Source of the DNA: Chiloscyllium plagiosum
Taxonomy: Eukaryota
Length of the DNA: 64,000 bases
NCBI RefSeq assembly: GCF_004010195.1
Contig: NC_057752.1
Span: 2,059,199-2,123,198, forward strand
Direction of reading: 5' to 3'
Position 1 is the first letter of the stretch. Each line of letters opens with the position of its first letter. The translations under genes were made by a program, and so were the position numbers. Below the pieces are notes generated by a model. The model was not told the origin of the DNA. It saw only the letters and a list, made by a program, of their open reading frames with translations, and made no database searches. Below, one piece after another: positions 50,415 through 64,000 of the stretch.

Positions 50415-50826
50415 TCTGCTCTGACCTACCATTATCACTCCCCCACCTGCATCTACCTATCACCTTCCAAGCTACCTCCCCCCAGCACCACCTCCCCTCC
50501 TATTTATCTCTCAGCCCCCTTCCCCTTTAAAATGTAATATTTGTCTTCGAGTAAACTGTGAATTAATTGAGACTGAGTGGCATTGGGTTGGTGGTGGGGG
50601 GGGGGGCGGGGGCATGAGTCTGTGTAACTATTAATAATGTACAGGTATAAAACAAGATTCAAATTTGAAAACTACTAGGAAGCTTTGCAAAATCTCGCCC
50701 ATATCCTATTGTAATATCCCCACCCCACATTCCTGATGAAGGGCATATGCCCTAAACGTTGACTCTCCTGCTTCTCAGATGCTGCCTGACCTGCTGTGCT
50801 TTTCCAGTGCCACACGTTTTGACTCT
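50415..50826 (+). mobile_element. Penelope pLTR interrupted by a copy of neighbouring DNA
   Basis: CCTATTTATCTCTCAGCCCCC...ATTCCTGATGAAGGGCATATGCCCTAAACGTT. Confidence 0.75.
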
Positions 50827-51829
50827 TCTCCTTTTGACAATCATCCTAAATTTATGCCGTCTGCCAAATGACCCTTTAGCTATTTTAAAACAGTTTCTCT
50901 TTGTTCATTCTTTTAAATATCTCTCTCAAATCTGCTGTTTTCTAATCTTTGAACATACTGCAATCCCACATTCCTTGAGCCATCACTTCAATGAATCTCT
51001 CTGTACATTCTTCCAAAGCCTTCAAACTTCCCAAAAGGGTCGTGCCCAGAAATGCCGGCAAACAATGCTCCACCATGTAGCAAACTTGTGTTTCATACAG
51101 GTTCAACATAAATCCCTACCTTTGTTCTGGGGAGTTGATTAGTGGCATTATTAGTGGACTCTTAATCCAGAGACTCAGCTCTCTGTCTATAAAGCCCAGA
51201 ATCCCCAATGCTTTATTGCCCAGTCTTAGCATCTTCAAAGATCCATGCATAAATACTCCCAGATCTCTCTGTTCATGGATCCTCTTTTAAATTGCACCCT
51301 TTAAAATGTAATATCTGTCTTCGAGTAAACTGTGAATTATTTGAGACTGAGTGGCATTGGGTTGGTGGGGGGGGAGAGTGAGTGTAACTATTAATAATGT
51401 ACAGGTATAAAGCAAGATTCAAATTTGAAAACTACTAGGAAGCTTTGCAAAACCTCGCCCATATCCTATTGTATATTAGGTCCCAATTGCCTTTTACTCC
51501 TGTTCATGCCAACTGACATTGGCTTTCAATCTTCTAACACCTCAAATTTAAAATGTTGATTCTTATGTTTAAATCCCTTCTGTTTGCTGTATCATTGACA
51601 ACTTTTCCTTTAGCTGCCTGGCCTCTTGCTCGACAATGTTGCTTGCCTGAACCCTGTCTGTTAAACATCCTGTAATCACCTCCTTAAAGCTCATGACTTT
51701 GATCACACGTTTATTTGATCCTCCTAATGTCCTTGAAATCTATGAAATGGATTGAGAATTTTTTTCCTATGTTAAAAGATTAATAGTGAAATAAATTTCC
51801 TTTTTGGATTTACAAATATTCTTGAACTT

Positions 51830-52100
51830 AATTTAAGACTGAGATGAGGAGAAATTCCTTCTGTCAGAGGGTTGTGAGTCTTTGGAACTCCTTGCCACAG
51901 AGAACTGTGGGGTCAGAGTCCTTGTGTGTATTTAAGGCTGAGATCAACAGATTCTTGATCAGTAGGGGAATCGAGGGTTGCAGGAAAAATGCAGGAAAGT
52001 GGACGAGAGAAATGTCAGATCAGCCATGACCCGTATTGAATGGTGGAGCAGGCTCAAAGAGCTGAATGGCTTACTCCTGTTCCTGTTTCTTATGGTCTTG
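51830..52100 (+). mobile_element. CR1 LINE 3' end
   Basis: MRRNSFCQRVVSLWNSLPQ. Confidence 0.85.
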
Positions 52101-55100
52101 CTATAAAGAGTAAACTGGTTTCTTGTCTCTCCTTGATAATAACCACATCGTTGCATTTTATTTGCTTATGTGTGACAATGAATTCCAAGACTTTGTTGAA
52201 CATGCAATTCCCACATTTGGATTATTGGATATTATGGTGGTGCTGTTATGTTCTCCAAATGTCACTTTTTCCAGTTTTGCGTCTTGGAAATTAAAAATAT
52301 AAGAGGCTTCTTTTCCTGGCATTGCATTTCTTTTCATGTTGGGTTTTGGGCTCAGGAAAGTAAGGCCTGTGCTTTGTTTCTCACCATTAGAAGGTAGAAG
52401 ATTGCCCCCTGGGATCTAAACCCTGTCAATCCCTTAGGTTAAACTTCATTGTGAAAGCATTGCTATATTCTCAGCGATGACGAAATCTTATAGCAGGCCA
52501 ACACCTTTAATGCTAGCCATTCAATTATTGGGTGTAAGATTTTTGGGTTTGAGAGCTACAGGTATCTAAAATTATTTGGAATTCATTTTAAGATTGCTAA
52601 TTAATAAGCAACAATTTCAATTTGGTGCATTAGGAAAAGCATATGACCTGTGACAGTGATGGGTATTTCACTGATACCAGGGGATGTGTGTGTTGATCTT
52701 AGTAGCTTATGAAGGCAGCATCCAGCTTTCCAGCTGAAGTGTTTGGGAATTCCTCACTCAGTCATCTTCCATCTTCCACTTGAAAAAGGCAGTTGCCTGA
52801 TGAGGACTGTTTCCCCCACCCCCTCAACTGGCCATCTCCCAGTTTGAGGTCAGTTCAGTTTTAGTTTATTGTCATACTGAGGGTTTGCTAGTCCTTAACA
52901 GACACTCATAGATTAAAGAGTACACAAGGTGCCATCCACCAAAATAGACACATGAACTAAGAGTTTCTGATGTTTCATAGAATGTAGAACATAGAACAAT
53001 ACAGTGCAGAGCAGACCCTTTGGCCCTCGATGTTGCGCCGACCTGTGAACTATTCTCAGCTCGTCCCCCTATACTATCCCACAATCATCCATGTGCTTAT
53101 CCAAGGATTGTTTAAATCTTTCCTGAGATTGTTTATGTGTATTTCCAAGGAGAAGAAGAACGCTGTTTTTCTGAGGTGCTGTTTTTCAATGCCCATTGAT
53201 CCCTTTTGGATACTTCCATACTTAGCTAAAATGTGCTATTTATGAAAGGGGATAATTGGGAAGGAACTGAAAAGTAGATGTCTTTCTTGCCAAGTTTTAT
53301 TCTTTTGGGGAGAGGGGGGGAAGTGGTATGATGATATGATGCCATGGGCTTCTCTGTACTTGCAATACCTTGCTCTCTGGGCTGTTTATGTGTGAATAAG
53401 GTACGCAGGGTTTTTAAAATGTCCTCAAGTGGCACACACATTAACACATGCTCAGAACAAAGATCATTGAGTAACTATTAGGATTAAGAATGCAACCTAT
53501 ATTTTTGTTTTTTTTTTGCTTTCTTCCTCCCTGTCTTTGGGTAGATGTTGCTATTTGTAATATTGCTAGTGTTGTGCCTAAGAGCAGATAATTCACTACA
53601 AGCCAAAAATCCAACCTGAGACTGTAAGAGACCTCCTATATTAAGTTGGTAGGATATCATTCAATCATGACAAGACGCAGCCCTGTAACTTAGTCAGATC
53701 TGACTTGCACAATATGTGATCGGTACTCTCACCAGATACTTTGTGAATCTTGCCTTTTTTGCTGTTGTTCTAGAAAATGTAACACAGAAGGCTTGAGCTT
53801 TGATTCATTGGGCTAAATATAAATTTAGTTGAGTTCCACCATAATTGAACATCTAGGCTCGTCTGGTTGAATGAACCCTACAGTGGGTACAGTTTATGTG
53901 CAATTTAGCAGTTTTTCTTGTGATTTAAGCAATATGAAGCAAAGTAGACATTTTAAGTAAAGAGAAATTGTGGAAATTAACCTTTTTTTGTATTGAACAA
54001 TGTCAATCATCTTCAAATCTTTGATCCTGAATAAGGTAGGTGAGGTTGAGAAAAGTCAATCTTGACATTTCTGTAGCTCTGTAATATGATGGGATACAGA
54101 TGTTTCTGTCAGCCTCAAAGGAAAATGTAATAAACATATCTGATTCCAAAGTTCTCACTGTACAATCTGAATCCGACATATTAAATGGTGAGATCACACT
54201 CATTAAATAAGTGAGAATGACCATTACTTCGCCCCTGATTCATTTTGTCTGTTTGCCAGCCTCTGTCACATTTTATCTCTCTCTCGTCACCTATATCAGA
54301 GGTGCAGTCATGTGCTGGGCACAGTCATAGGTGTTGCCAACCCACCAGTAGCTGGTATACGTTGCCAATGTTGAGAGATGGTAGGCGTTTTAGGTGGGCA
54401 AAGGGGATCATCACAGCCAAGCCAACATTCATGTACATGTACTTTTCCAGCTGCAATCAATGCTCAGCGTTCAGGGAGAGGATCGCTATCTAGTGGCGCT
54501 AAGGCTAGTCATTACAGTTCTACCGCCAGAAACTAATTCGAGCAAGGCCAGGAAATCAAACCTGGAATCTTTTTGGTTTGTATGGCTCATGGTAACAATG
54601 AACAGTGTAATTACCAAGTGAATCATTGGGAGAAGGATTTAACAAATTCAAATCTAATCCTACCTTCCCAATTGAAAACACTGCACGCTGAACTTTTTGC
54701 CTTTGCAGTCAGGTTAAAGTGACCTTGGAAAATATTAAGTCACTCAGTTTGATTCATTTGGTAGCACTATACCTCTGACAGAAGGATTGTGGATTCAGGA
54801 CCCTCTTCAGGCCTTGAGCACATAATCAAAGGTGAAATTTTAGTGCTGGGCTTTCAGACAAGCTGACTGTTGGAAGAAGTGCTGAACCATGATCCCACTT
54901 TGCCTGTGTTATACGTGGCACCATTTGAAAACAATGGGCAGTCTGTCCGTAAACCTTCTCCGATGCTACCAAAAGCAAATTTATTGGTCGTTGCACTTTT
55001 AATGATATTGCTCTGCGCAAAATAGCTGTTGCATTTGCCTTTATGACACATTTCCAAGTTACTGAGATGCGATACAAATTTAAGTCATTTTCTTGCTCTG

Positions 55101-58100
55101 AAATTTGATATCTTTTGATGCTCTGCAATCATTGTATATAAGGAAACCTGGCCAAAAGATTTTTCAAAATCCCCCTTTTGGAAAATTTATTGTATTAAAT
55201 ACAAATTAAACTCTCTGATGCATTCAATGCATTCATAGTGCGGCGCTATGTTGTGCATGTTCATGCAAAAGCCAACCTTGCCTTCTCCTTTCTGTCCCAA
55301 AAATCTGAGTTTATACTAATGCAGTAACATAAGTGAAACTTCATTTACAGCGATCTGTTTTTATTTGGAGAAGTCAACCTGAATGGTCTTTAAGGTAGCA
55401 GTAAGGTTGTGGGAAGATAAAACAAAAGAGAAAACAGAGCCTGAATTTATTTGAAAAGAAGTTGTTCAGTTATATTTAGCTTGAGTTTTGAAAGGATTTA
55501 AATAGTAGGAGGAAGCGAAGGCTGGGGGCAGAGTGGAGTTCTACAATGTTGAGAGGTTGCTGAGGAATAAGTACAAGTAGAGCAGATAATTTGAATGTGG
55601 ATTTAAGGAATGGGGATGACAGTGCAAGGTAGTGGTGCATTTGTATTTCAGAAAATAATTTTATAATCAGAATAGTGGCTTTTATAGGGACATTATTAAA
55701 GAAATAAAAGGACGCTATATGAGAGAAAAGGACTGTCTATCAAGTAACACGCCTTTTCAATGTCAAAGGATGTTGTTAATTTATGCTTTAAATACAGTAT
55801 GGGGTACAGTTTCAAAAATTCAATCTTCCCTTTTCTCTAGCCGTTGTGGAGCTAACTGCCAGTCACCTGTGCCAACTCTTCAAGCGGTGTTGCTGCCCAG
55901 GGGTAACCTTTTTATTATAGTAGCCAGTGTTTCAGACATTACAAAGGGTAATTTGACATGCCATGTTGTACATTGCTTATAATTGATCAGTAATATGTAA
56001 ACGTTCAGCTTGACGCTCTCCTAATACTGTATGAGGAAATTGTTGATGCATTCAGACTGCTGTGCAAAATGGCTGCAAATGGCACTTGGGATTGATGTTT
56101 ATAAAGCCAGTATATTTTTTCCCTTCCCAACATCTGGGATGTTGACCAATATCTAATGCAACCGCTGCTCTGTCGGCACTTTGTATTTGTCACTGGCAGA
56201 ATACTTCAACCATAAACAATATGGTGCCACGTCAACACTAAAATGTTAGAAGGGCAGAGGGCTTTTGGCTTGAGATTAAGGTTAGCTTTATCACGAATGA
56301 AATTTCAGTGAAAACCTTCATAACTAGGACACCACAAAGTATGGGGCACAAAGAGATTTGGTGTCTGTATGTTACTTTATGAGGTGCACCACTCACAAAT
56401 TGAACTATTTGGCTGAAAGTGAATGGGTGACATTCCTGTAATCATGTTAGAAATTATTCTTAATAGTACCACACAGTTGATTGGTTAATGATGGTGATTG
56501 CGAGCAGTGTTGCTTTTAGAACTTTGTACTGTAGATTAGCCACCTTTTGCTCAATTTGAAGCTGGTGCGAGGTGACTTTTCTTTGTTTAAAATTAATGCG
56601 CATAAGTGAATCAGCTGTGATAATATGCAAATGTGGAATGACCTGCTGCGTATGCGCCAATGCAAAAATGAATCGCAATTGCATTTGTCGCCAATTTTCA
56701 GAGTGCGGCATTGGGAAACTGGCTTGGGACTGTTGAGTTTGATATTTCACAAAATTATTGAATGACTAGCTCCCCTTAAAAATGGACTGTCTAGTTCAAA
56801 GCCTGACAAATGGTCATACAGATGTACAGTGGTGGATTTCAAGGTAACCAAAGCAATGCATATAAAGACGTAAGTAATTATATTGAACCAATTTAATTGC
56901 CCATGGTATTATTTTGATGAAATACTGTACCAAATTGATAAAGGTTGCTGAAAAAACTACATCACAATATAGCTTCAGTTTGAATAAATTCAAAATCTTT
57001 CTGCTGACTTTTGTAAATAATTTTATGACTTTGGAATTATCCTTAATAACATGTAAATGTGCACAAGATAATGAGTTGTTTCAAATTGCAAATATTGATT
57101 GATTCCATCAGCTATATTTTTCAAATAGCCAGGAATTGATGGCTGCATGTTTTCAGTCATGTTAATGCTTGAGCATCTCAACATCCTTCAAATGAAATTA
57201 ATTATTGAATCATGTTCTATGTGGTGGGAAGCCCAGTTTCTCCTAGGTGTATACCCACGGCATGAGAGCACCCATGATTTTGCTGTAATTGACACAGTGC
57301 AGCTGCTGATGATAGTTTGTCCTGTTCTGGGAAACTCCGATGCAAGCTGCTGCAGTAACGGGTACTTTTCTTGAGTTTTCTGCAAGATAAAGATAGCATT
57401 GGTCTGTGTTTGGATGTGCATACCTAGTCACTAAATGACTGATTCTGGCACTGAATGCCTCAATTGAGGTGTTCCATTCCCACCTCAAACATGATTTGCA
57501 GTGTTGAGCACAAAAGCATGAACACTGCCACTCAAACAAAAATTGAAGTTTATGTACCAAAAAAGCTGTGGAGCATTGCCTGTCACTTCCTCGTGGAAAT
57601 TAGTCCTGCTAAATCCCATAAAGATCACTTGAAGTAAACTGGGACTAATTGGTCCCTGTTAATGTGGAAATGTTCATTTACGCCCTTGATAAGGTTTCAC
57701 AAGAATGTAATTTACAAGAATTCAGCAGACCTTTATCAACCTTTGATATCACAGTTGTATTGAAGCCTTTACACAGGAGGTGCTCAACAATGGGAACAGA
57801 TTGGCAGGGAGGATTGTTCAAGCTAAGATATCAGACTTGTTTTAATTTTTAAAAACTTACCTGAGATAATGTAATAGGGAGACATTAGGATTAGAATTCT
57901 GAAAGGAAACTCTCAAAAGGCAAGAATGATCTTTTGTATCCATAGCTATTTTCAAAATTCCATGGGATACAATTCTGCTAATGTTACAGTTTTCATCTTT
58001 TGGATATTGTCTTGTAATCTTGCTTATACATAAAGTTGCTGACCATGAAACGTCTCACAGTTAAGATGATGATGGTGAAATGAGTTTTAAATCTAGAATT

Positions 58101-58623
58101 AAACATAGAGTTGTGGTATGAAAGGGTTTTTTTTCATTTGAATTGATTCTGTATGTAAAGGGCACCTGCACAACCTGTTTGCATTGCTGGCACTTCTGAA
58201 TTATGTTTGTGTCCCTCTGCTTGTACGATAAGTTCTTTACTTAGCATTTCAACAGCGAGAGTCTGCGATTCACCTAACCTTTTCTCTGTATTGAACTAAT
58301 GTCCATCTTTATTCATGTCCAAGATCCCAGCTACTGTGCATTAAGCCTTGTGAATTTAGAAATAACTTGTTTCCGATTCTCATTGCAAGTTTGACATTGT
58401 CCCTTGTCATATTCAGCAAAATGCTTCCTACTTCTCTTTGAAAATGTTTGTTGATGCAACGCGTTGGAATTATCACAGAACTAGTCATTAGAAATGTTTT
58501 CTTCAGCTTTCTGCAAGCTGTCCATTGAAGTAACGTTTACTGACTTATCTACTGCATGAAAATGTGTTGAACATTATATGTTTTCAATCTGTGTAACAAT
58601 TTTTCCTCTTTTTCTCCTCACAG

Positions 58624-58742
58624 ACCTTTATAGTACTAAACAGAGGAAAAGCTATCTTCCGATTTAGTGCCACACCTGCCATGTACATTTTAGGCCCTTT
58701 GAATCCACTGAGGAGATACGCTATTAAAATTTTGATACATTC
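58624..58742 (+). CDS. SCN8A: Sodium channel second coding exon (119 nt)
   Basis: Pyrimidine tract then CAG|; [40 protein letters not shown], in phase with the first coding exon; not shown in the ORF track. Confidence 0.95.
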
Positions 58743-58751
58743 ATATCCTTT
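58743..58751 (+). promoter_or_regulatory. U12-type (AT-AC) intron 5' splice site
   Basis: ATATCCTTT directly after CAT TC, the known position of the SCN-family minor intron. Confidence 0.95.
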
Positions 58752-60695
58752 TTAGTGTATTATATGGTGCTTTTCTTTTATGTTAGTGGATGATAATCTG
58801 GCAGTCTTGAACATACAATGTTGTGTTTTCCATCATCATACCTTTATATCAGCAAATTAAATGCAAAGTGCATGCAATTTGTTGCCAAACCAAATTTGTG
58901 ATAACGATGCAGTAACTATTGGTCCATTTAATCTATTCTATTCAAGTAAGGTGACTTGCAGAATCCAAGCCAGCCCCTGCCACTGCACCCCACCCCTGCC
59001 CAACTTCTGCTCTGCAGTACATATCAAACAATTTTCCAAGACATAGTGCTACGATGTTTTAGCATGTAATGTGTTTTAGCAGTATCTGAAATATTAATAC
59101 TGTGACCAATTTCAGCAAATCTAATTGTATCTCATGCAAGTTGACAGAAGGTAGAGAGAACTTCACCGGCACAGGAATTGATGGCTGCATGTTTTCAATC
59201 ATGTTAATGCTTGAGCCTCTTAACATCCTTCAGATGGAATTAATTATTGAACCATGTTCTATGTGATGGGAAACCCAGTTTCTCCTAGGTGTATACCCAC
59301 AGGTTTTATATTTCATGAGAGGTTGACATAGCTTGAGTGATTTAACTAAGAGTGGCCTATGAACAAGATCACTTGGTTTTTTATAATGTATTCTTTTTAT
59401 ACTGCATGATCAAAGTTAAATTAATGGAGGTGAATGAAATATTTAATGGTGTGTGGTATTGCTTTATGGTTTGGATCCAGTAAAGCTCAGGGCAGAGTGA
59501 GAGCTAATCAGTGTGTCACATGGTTTGGATTTAGAATGGTTATAGTTTGAACATTCTCTTGAAAACAAATACTCAGAAGAAAAACAGCTTCAGGAATTGA
59601 GACAGAGCATTGGGATATAGTTACTCTGGGCATTCTGTGAAGTGGTGTTGTAAATATATTCAAAGAGAGCTTTATGGCTCCCCATTATGGCACCTGCATT
59701 AAATATGAAATATGTTATGTATGATCCAAGTAGTAATGAACAATATTCTTAACATTTCTTCATAACATAGACAATAATGACTGTGTCAGTCTGGAATGCT
59801 GAAACATTCCCAGAGCAAATACTGTAAGCAATTGTATGCAGTATCTTTCCCACCTTTCAATGCACATCTTCCTCATCTTTCTTTTTCATTCAAGCTTTCC
59901 ATATTCCAGTTGTTACTCTTTGCTTTGCTCTTGTGCCTTCAAATTGAACTGTTCAAATATTTGAATATCCAACCAGGACCAAACCACCTCCAATATAAAT
60001 ATTCAAATGAGGCTAAGTTTGATGACCAGGTTCTGCAGGCTCAAAACGCCTTGTGTGGACATCACTGCTCTACTCAATAAGTTCTGCTGGAGAAGAATGT
60101 GGCAATCCTAATCACTCTTTTCATCCCCTATTGAAACAAACTCAGTTCTGAAAGTTCTGATGGCTGTTTTGTAAAATGTTTCACTCTCCTGTCTATCACT
60201 TCATGATGTGGCATGACAAGTGCAGGGACAAAAACATTCCCTTTCAATTTGACAACAGCAGGGTGAGTGGGCAGGTGACATTGCAACTTGCTTATCACAT
60301 GCTGTGCGGCACACCCACTTTCTTCAATTTAGGGACGGATACACATATAAGCCGAATGTGTGATCAAATCGATTTTTAAAAAAACCCTGCCCTTCCAAAA
60401 GTAACAACCATGCCATAAGTTGGGAGATAAATCACACGGGGATATTTTGTTCAATCAGAGAAAGCTGAGGAGAGATTTAATTGGGGTTTGGGTAGAGTGG
60501 AGAGGAACAACCCATTTTTCTAAGCAAAGAGGTCAATAATCAGAGGCATAGATTTAAAGTAACTGGAGCGGGGGGAGTTGAGGTGAATTCTTTTCACCTG
60601 GACCGTGGTAGGGATCATTCACTGAAAGGGTGATAGAAGCAGGAATCCTCATTAAATTTAAAAAGTGTTGAGAGCATCTTCTGCATTCTCGTATA

Positions 60696-60905
60696 ACAGT
60701 CGAAAAGTGTGGCGCTGGAAAAGCACAGCAGGTTAGGCAGCATTTGAAGAGCAGGAGAATCGACGTTTTGGGCATAAGCCCTTCCTCAGGAATGTGCCTG
60801 AGGCATTGACTCTTCTGCTTCTGGGATGCTGCCTGACCTGCTGTGCTTTTCCGGTGCCACACTTTTCAACTCTGACCTCCAGCATCTGCAGTCCTCACTT
60901 TCTCC
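60696..60905. mobile_element. Palindromic Penelope pLTR insertion (degenerate)
   Basis: Inverted arms; near-TSD CATTCTCGTATA/CATTCTCATATA. Confidence 0.78.
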
Positions 60906-62987
60906 CATTCTCATATAGCATTTTGCTTAAAGTTAAGCTAACGGAAGAAGTACAGATGGTAACCTTGTACCCTTAAATGCAAATCGAAATGCATTTATTA
61001 GAAACAAAGATACCATTCTGTTACCCATAATAAACAGATGCAATCTATCTTCTTAGTTGGTGCCTAGCAGTTTTTCTTTTATTCAAATAGAATCATGTTG
61101 GTACAGAAATAAATGGTATTTTATGTTTGGAGAAGGTAAAAATTAATGCATTATATTTTAATTTGCAAACATCAGTCAGCTAGATATCTTCAAACAAACT
61201 GCATTGCACATTAGCTTTTTCACGAGTCAGTCACATTAACAATAGTCCGAAAGTGGGACCCAACATTGTGTATGTATTGCCGGAGTCAATTTTGAATTTC
61301 AGTAAACATGTAATGCATTCTCCACATGTTGGTAGTTAATATTATTTGCCAAAATGAATGGTATGTATTTGCTAAATATTTTCAGTTTTAACTTTTGATT
61401 TCCTGGAACTATTTTTCTGGCTAAAATTTGTTTTGAGAATGTTCAATATATGAACCTTCTAAATTAATAGGCTTTAGGACAATAGACAGTACAGGATCTA
61501 AAGGCGTTCAAGCCATCTCGACAGTCTCAAGGTTTGGAATAAACCATGCATTTCTTTATCTTTCACATCAACTTTAATTGCAGCCTGTAACACAGTCTCT
61601 TCTTGAATTTGCTAATGTTATTTCCTTTACCGTCCCAGAAAGGCAGCGGAGAAAAATAGTATTTGATACTGCATCCAATTTTCCGACTCCACTGGCTTGT
61701 TAGATTTGTCCAATAGCTTGCTCTTTCCATTTGAAATGAGACAAGACCTGAGCCAAGACATAATTCCACTAATAGGAATCTTGATTCTATGTTGGTACAC
61801 GTTTTCAGCAATGGCTTTGTCTTACGCTTGCACAATTATAGGCTCGTTGACTTGAAAATGTTGCATTCTATTGTACATGATTCATGGTTGTTACATTCAG
61901 TGGGACAGGGCATACACAGATACAGTTTACATTTGTCTTGGTCTTGATACTTGGACAGAATACAAATCCTTTGCCGTAGCAAGTATTCTGGCAATGAAGT
62001 AATCTATTCTTTGAACTCCTGGTGCTTGATGTATCTGAGTGACAGCCTTAATATTTGGAACCAGTGAACTGTCTGTTACTTGATCCCCATCAAGACTGTG
62101 CAGGTATTAGTCAAATGGTTTTGTTCTTCTGTTATTCAGATAACACATTAATTTGTGTTTTCTGAGAGAGCAGTGGCAACTGTTTATCTTGAAATTTGGC
62201 AAGTAGTTGACTCATTTGAGTACCACATAATTGTATAGCCTAAGTTGGGCCCTTTTCCTAATTGGCCACTTTTACAACTGTGTGTGGTAAAATAGATTGA
62301 ACAACCTGCCATGCTCACCATCCCCTGTGATAGGCTATGAAATTCTTTCTAATTGTCTTCAGCATTAGTGGTGCTGAGGTAAATAGATGATAATAAAAGT
62401 TAACTTTTCATTCTAACAGTAAGAGGATTGGGTTTCTGCACAAACCAATTAAGGCCAAGTCAATTGTTTACTGTCAAGGAGGTCATGGGATTGTATTTTT
62501 CACCCAGTGAGCTACACTAAGCTTTGCTCGACTGTTTCCCCAGTGTATGTTTTGTTTCTAAAGACCAGGCTAAGATCTAATATTCTTGTGTTCACTCACC
62601 TTAGCAAAAATGCAGATGTGAGCAAATGGGATGTTGAAAGAGAAGCAAATAAGGGGCATTTTACTGGTCTTTTTCCAGGATAATCTGATCATAATGCATA
62701 TTTGAAATCAGGATGGATTGGAGCCACATCTGTGCAGGAATGCTCCTGAATTTTCATCCTTTAATATTAGTAGACTGAAATGAGGAGGGCCTCTTTGCAC
62801 AGAAAGGTTCTGACCTGCCCCACTTTCTGATACTTACATCCTGGTGATCCAGGAAAATCTCCTCTGTTTATTATTGGTCCTCTGAGCATTCCTGTTTCTC
62901 AAAGGACTTCGAGATAAAAAGGCCAGTTTAACCCTTCTAATCAGAGCCTTGTTAGAGTACAGAAGTAGGCTATTGATCTATTGATCC

Positions 62988-63087
62988 TCTATTCTTGATG
63001 AAGAACTTTTGGCCGAAACGTCGATTTTTCCTGCTCCTCGGATGCTGCCTGACCTGCTGTGCTTTTCCAGCACCACTCTAATCTGGA
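62988..63087 (+). mobile_element. Short Penelope pLTR fragment
   Basis: CCGAAACGTCGATTTTTCCTGCTCCTCGGATGCTGCC; TSD CTATTGATCC. Confidence 0.72.
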
Positions 63088-64000
63088 CTATTGATCCATT
63101 GGATCCATGCTGGCCCTCCTAAGTAGTGATTTACATACTGACCTCTCTCTCCACATCCCTGCACATTCCACCTCTTCACTTATTTTTATTTGGATGTGCA
63201 TGCCATCATTTAATGACAAACTTCAGTTGTACTGGCCAGTCAGACCTGAGCAGATGTGGTGAGTTGCATGTAGCGGCTGATTCGAAAATACCACATTAAC
63301 AGTGAGGCAAGTGAATAGGTTAGAAGGGCTTTGTGCTGAAGTGTAATGACAATTTACTGTAATGAAAGAGGAGCTGATAGTGGTTCTTTAGCAGAGGAAG
63401 TAAAGAACAATTATCCCCAAGCAGTAGTATACCGCAGCAAAGTCTGTTGCTTGGGCCTTGTGAAGGAATCAAATGTGAGTTGGCTCGAAGTCCCCAGCTG
63501 CGTTTGTACTTGAGTGAGGCCGCAGAGGCCTGCAGGGATAGTCCTCCAAGAGGACTATGATGCCTTCAATGTTTGTGTCAAGGGACCTTTGTGATTCTAG
63601 CAGTGAATATCTCCAGGAGAGTTTTCTTTTCCCTATGTACTGCTTCGCACTATGCACTCAGCTACCTAAACTTCTTCAAGATGCAACTGGAGAGTAATAG
63701 AAACACAAAATGTCCCAAAGACCAACTCTTCTAATCTGAAATTAACCATGATTCCTTCCTATTAATTGTTTGTCCCAACTGCATTCAGTCCATTTGAAAA
63801 GTTTTCTGAAGTTTCTAAAAGATGTGCTAAGATGCTTCAGAATTGCTTGTTTTATTTCCTTCTTTCTGCACAATCACAATCACAAAACCACTACGTGCCT
63901 ATCCCTCTTGTGTGCTTTGTGTGTTTTGTTTGGATTTTCCATGACTGTTCTACTTTCTTCTAAATTAAGTAATGACTGATTTGTAAGATATATTGTAAAA

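Larger units (their letters stand above)
57130..59300 (+). repeat. Pair of 129-bp direct repeats (57130-57258, 59172-59300)
   Basis: CAGGAATTGATGGCTGCATG...GGTGTATACCCAC, about 8 mismatches, no indels. Confidence 0.92.

Noticed and set aside
62360..62385. Half-match to the REST/RE1 element (GGTGCTGA)
   Set aside because: The GGACAG half-site is missing; no full RE1 was seen in the window
59740..63990. Search for the third coding exon of the channel
   Set aside because: No segment encodes the expected IS1 helix after a U12 branch point; it lies beyond the window

Overview
Vertebrate genomic DNA, most likely a shark (HE1-type V-SINEs and HER1/CR1 LINEs; inferred). The only host gene is a + strand voltage-gated sodium channel alpha subunit most similar to SCN8A/Nav1.6. 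Its first coding exon is 18692-18967, followed by a ~39.7 kb intron and a second coding exon at 58624-58742. That exon is followed by a U12-type (ATATCCTT) intron that runs past the window end. Most of the rest is transposable element DNA: (1) a defective minus-strand endogenous retrovirus (871-7794; TAGG target duplication, tRNA-His-like PBS, env) whose CA/NC-protease-RT region is missing and which carries an ancient host L2 fragment there; (2) a degenerate Ty3/Gypsy element (23594-27716); (3) many CR1 LINEs, SINEs and two MITEs; (4) numerous Penelope-like insertions, often inverted repeats with minimal hammerhead ribozyme cores and 10-13 bp target duplications; (5) a 53-bp satellite amplified from the HE1 SINE core. 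There is also a tRNA-Gly pseudogene with a TCT anticodon and two local duplications. I found no intact novel protein-coding system. The most unusual items are structural. All alignments and counts were done by eye, and TE boundaries are approximate unless a target duplication fixes them.
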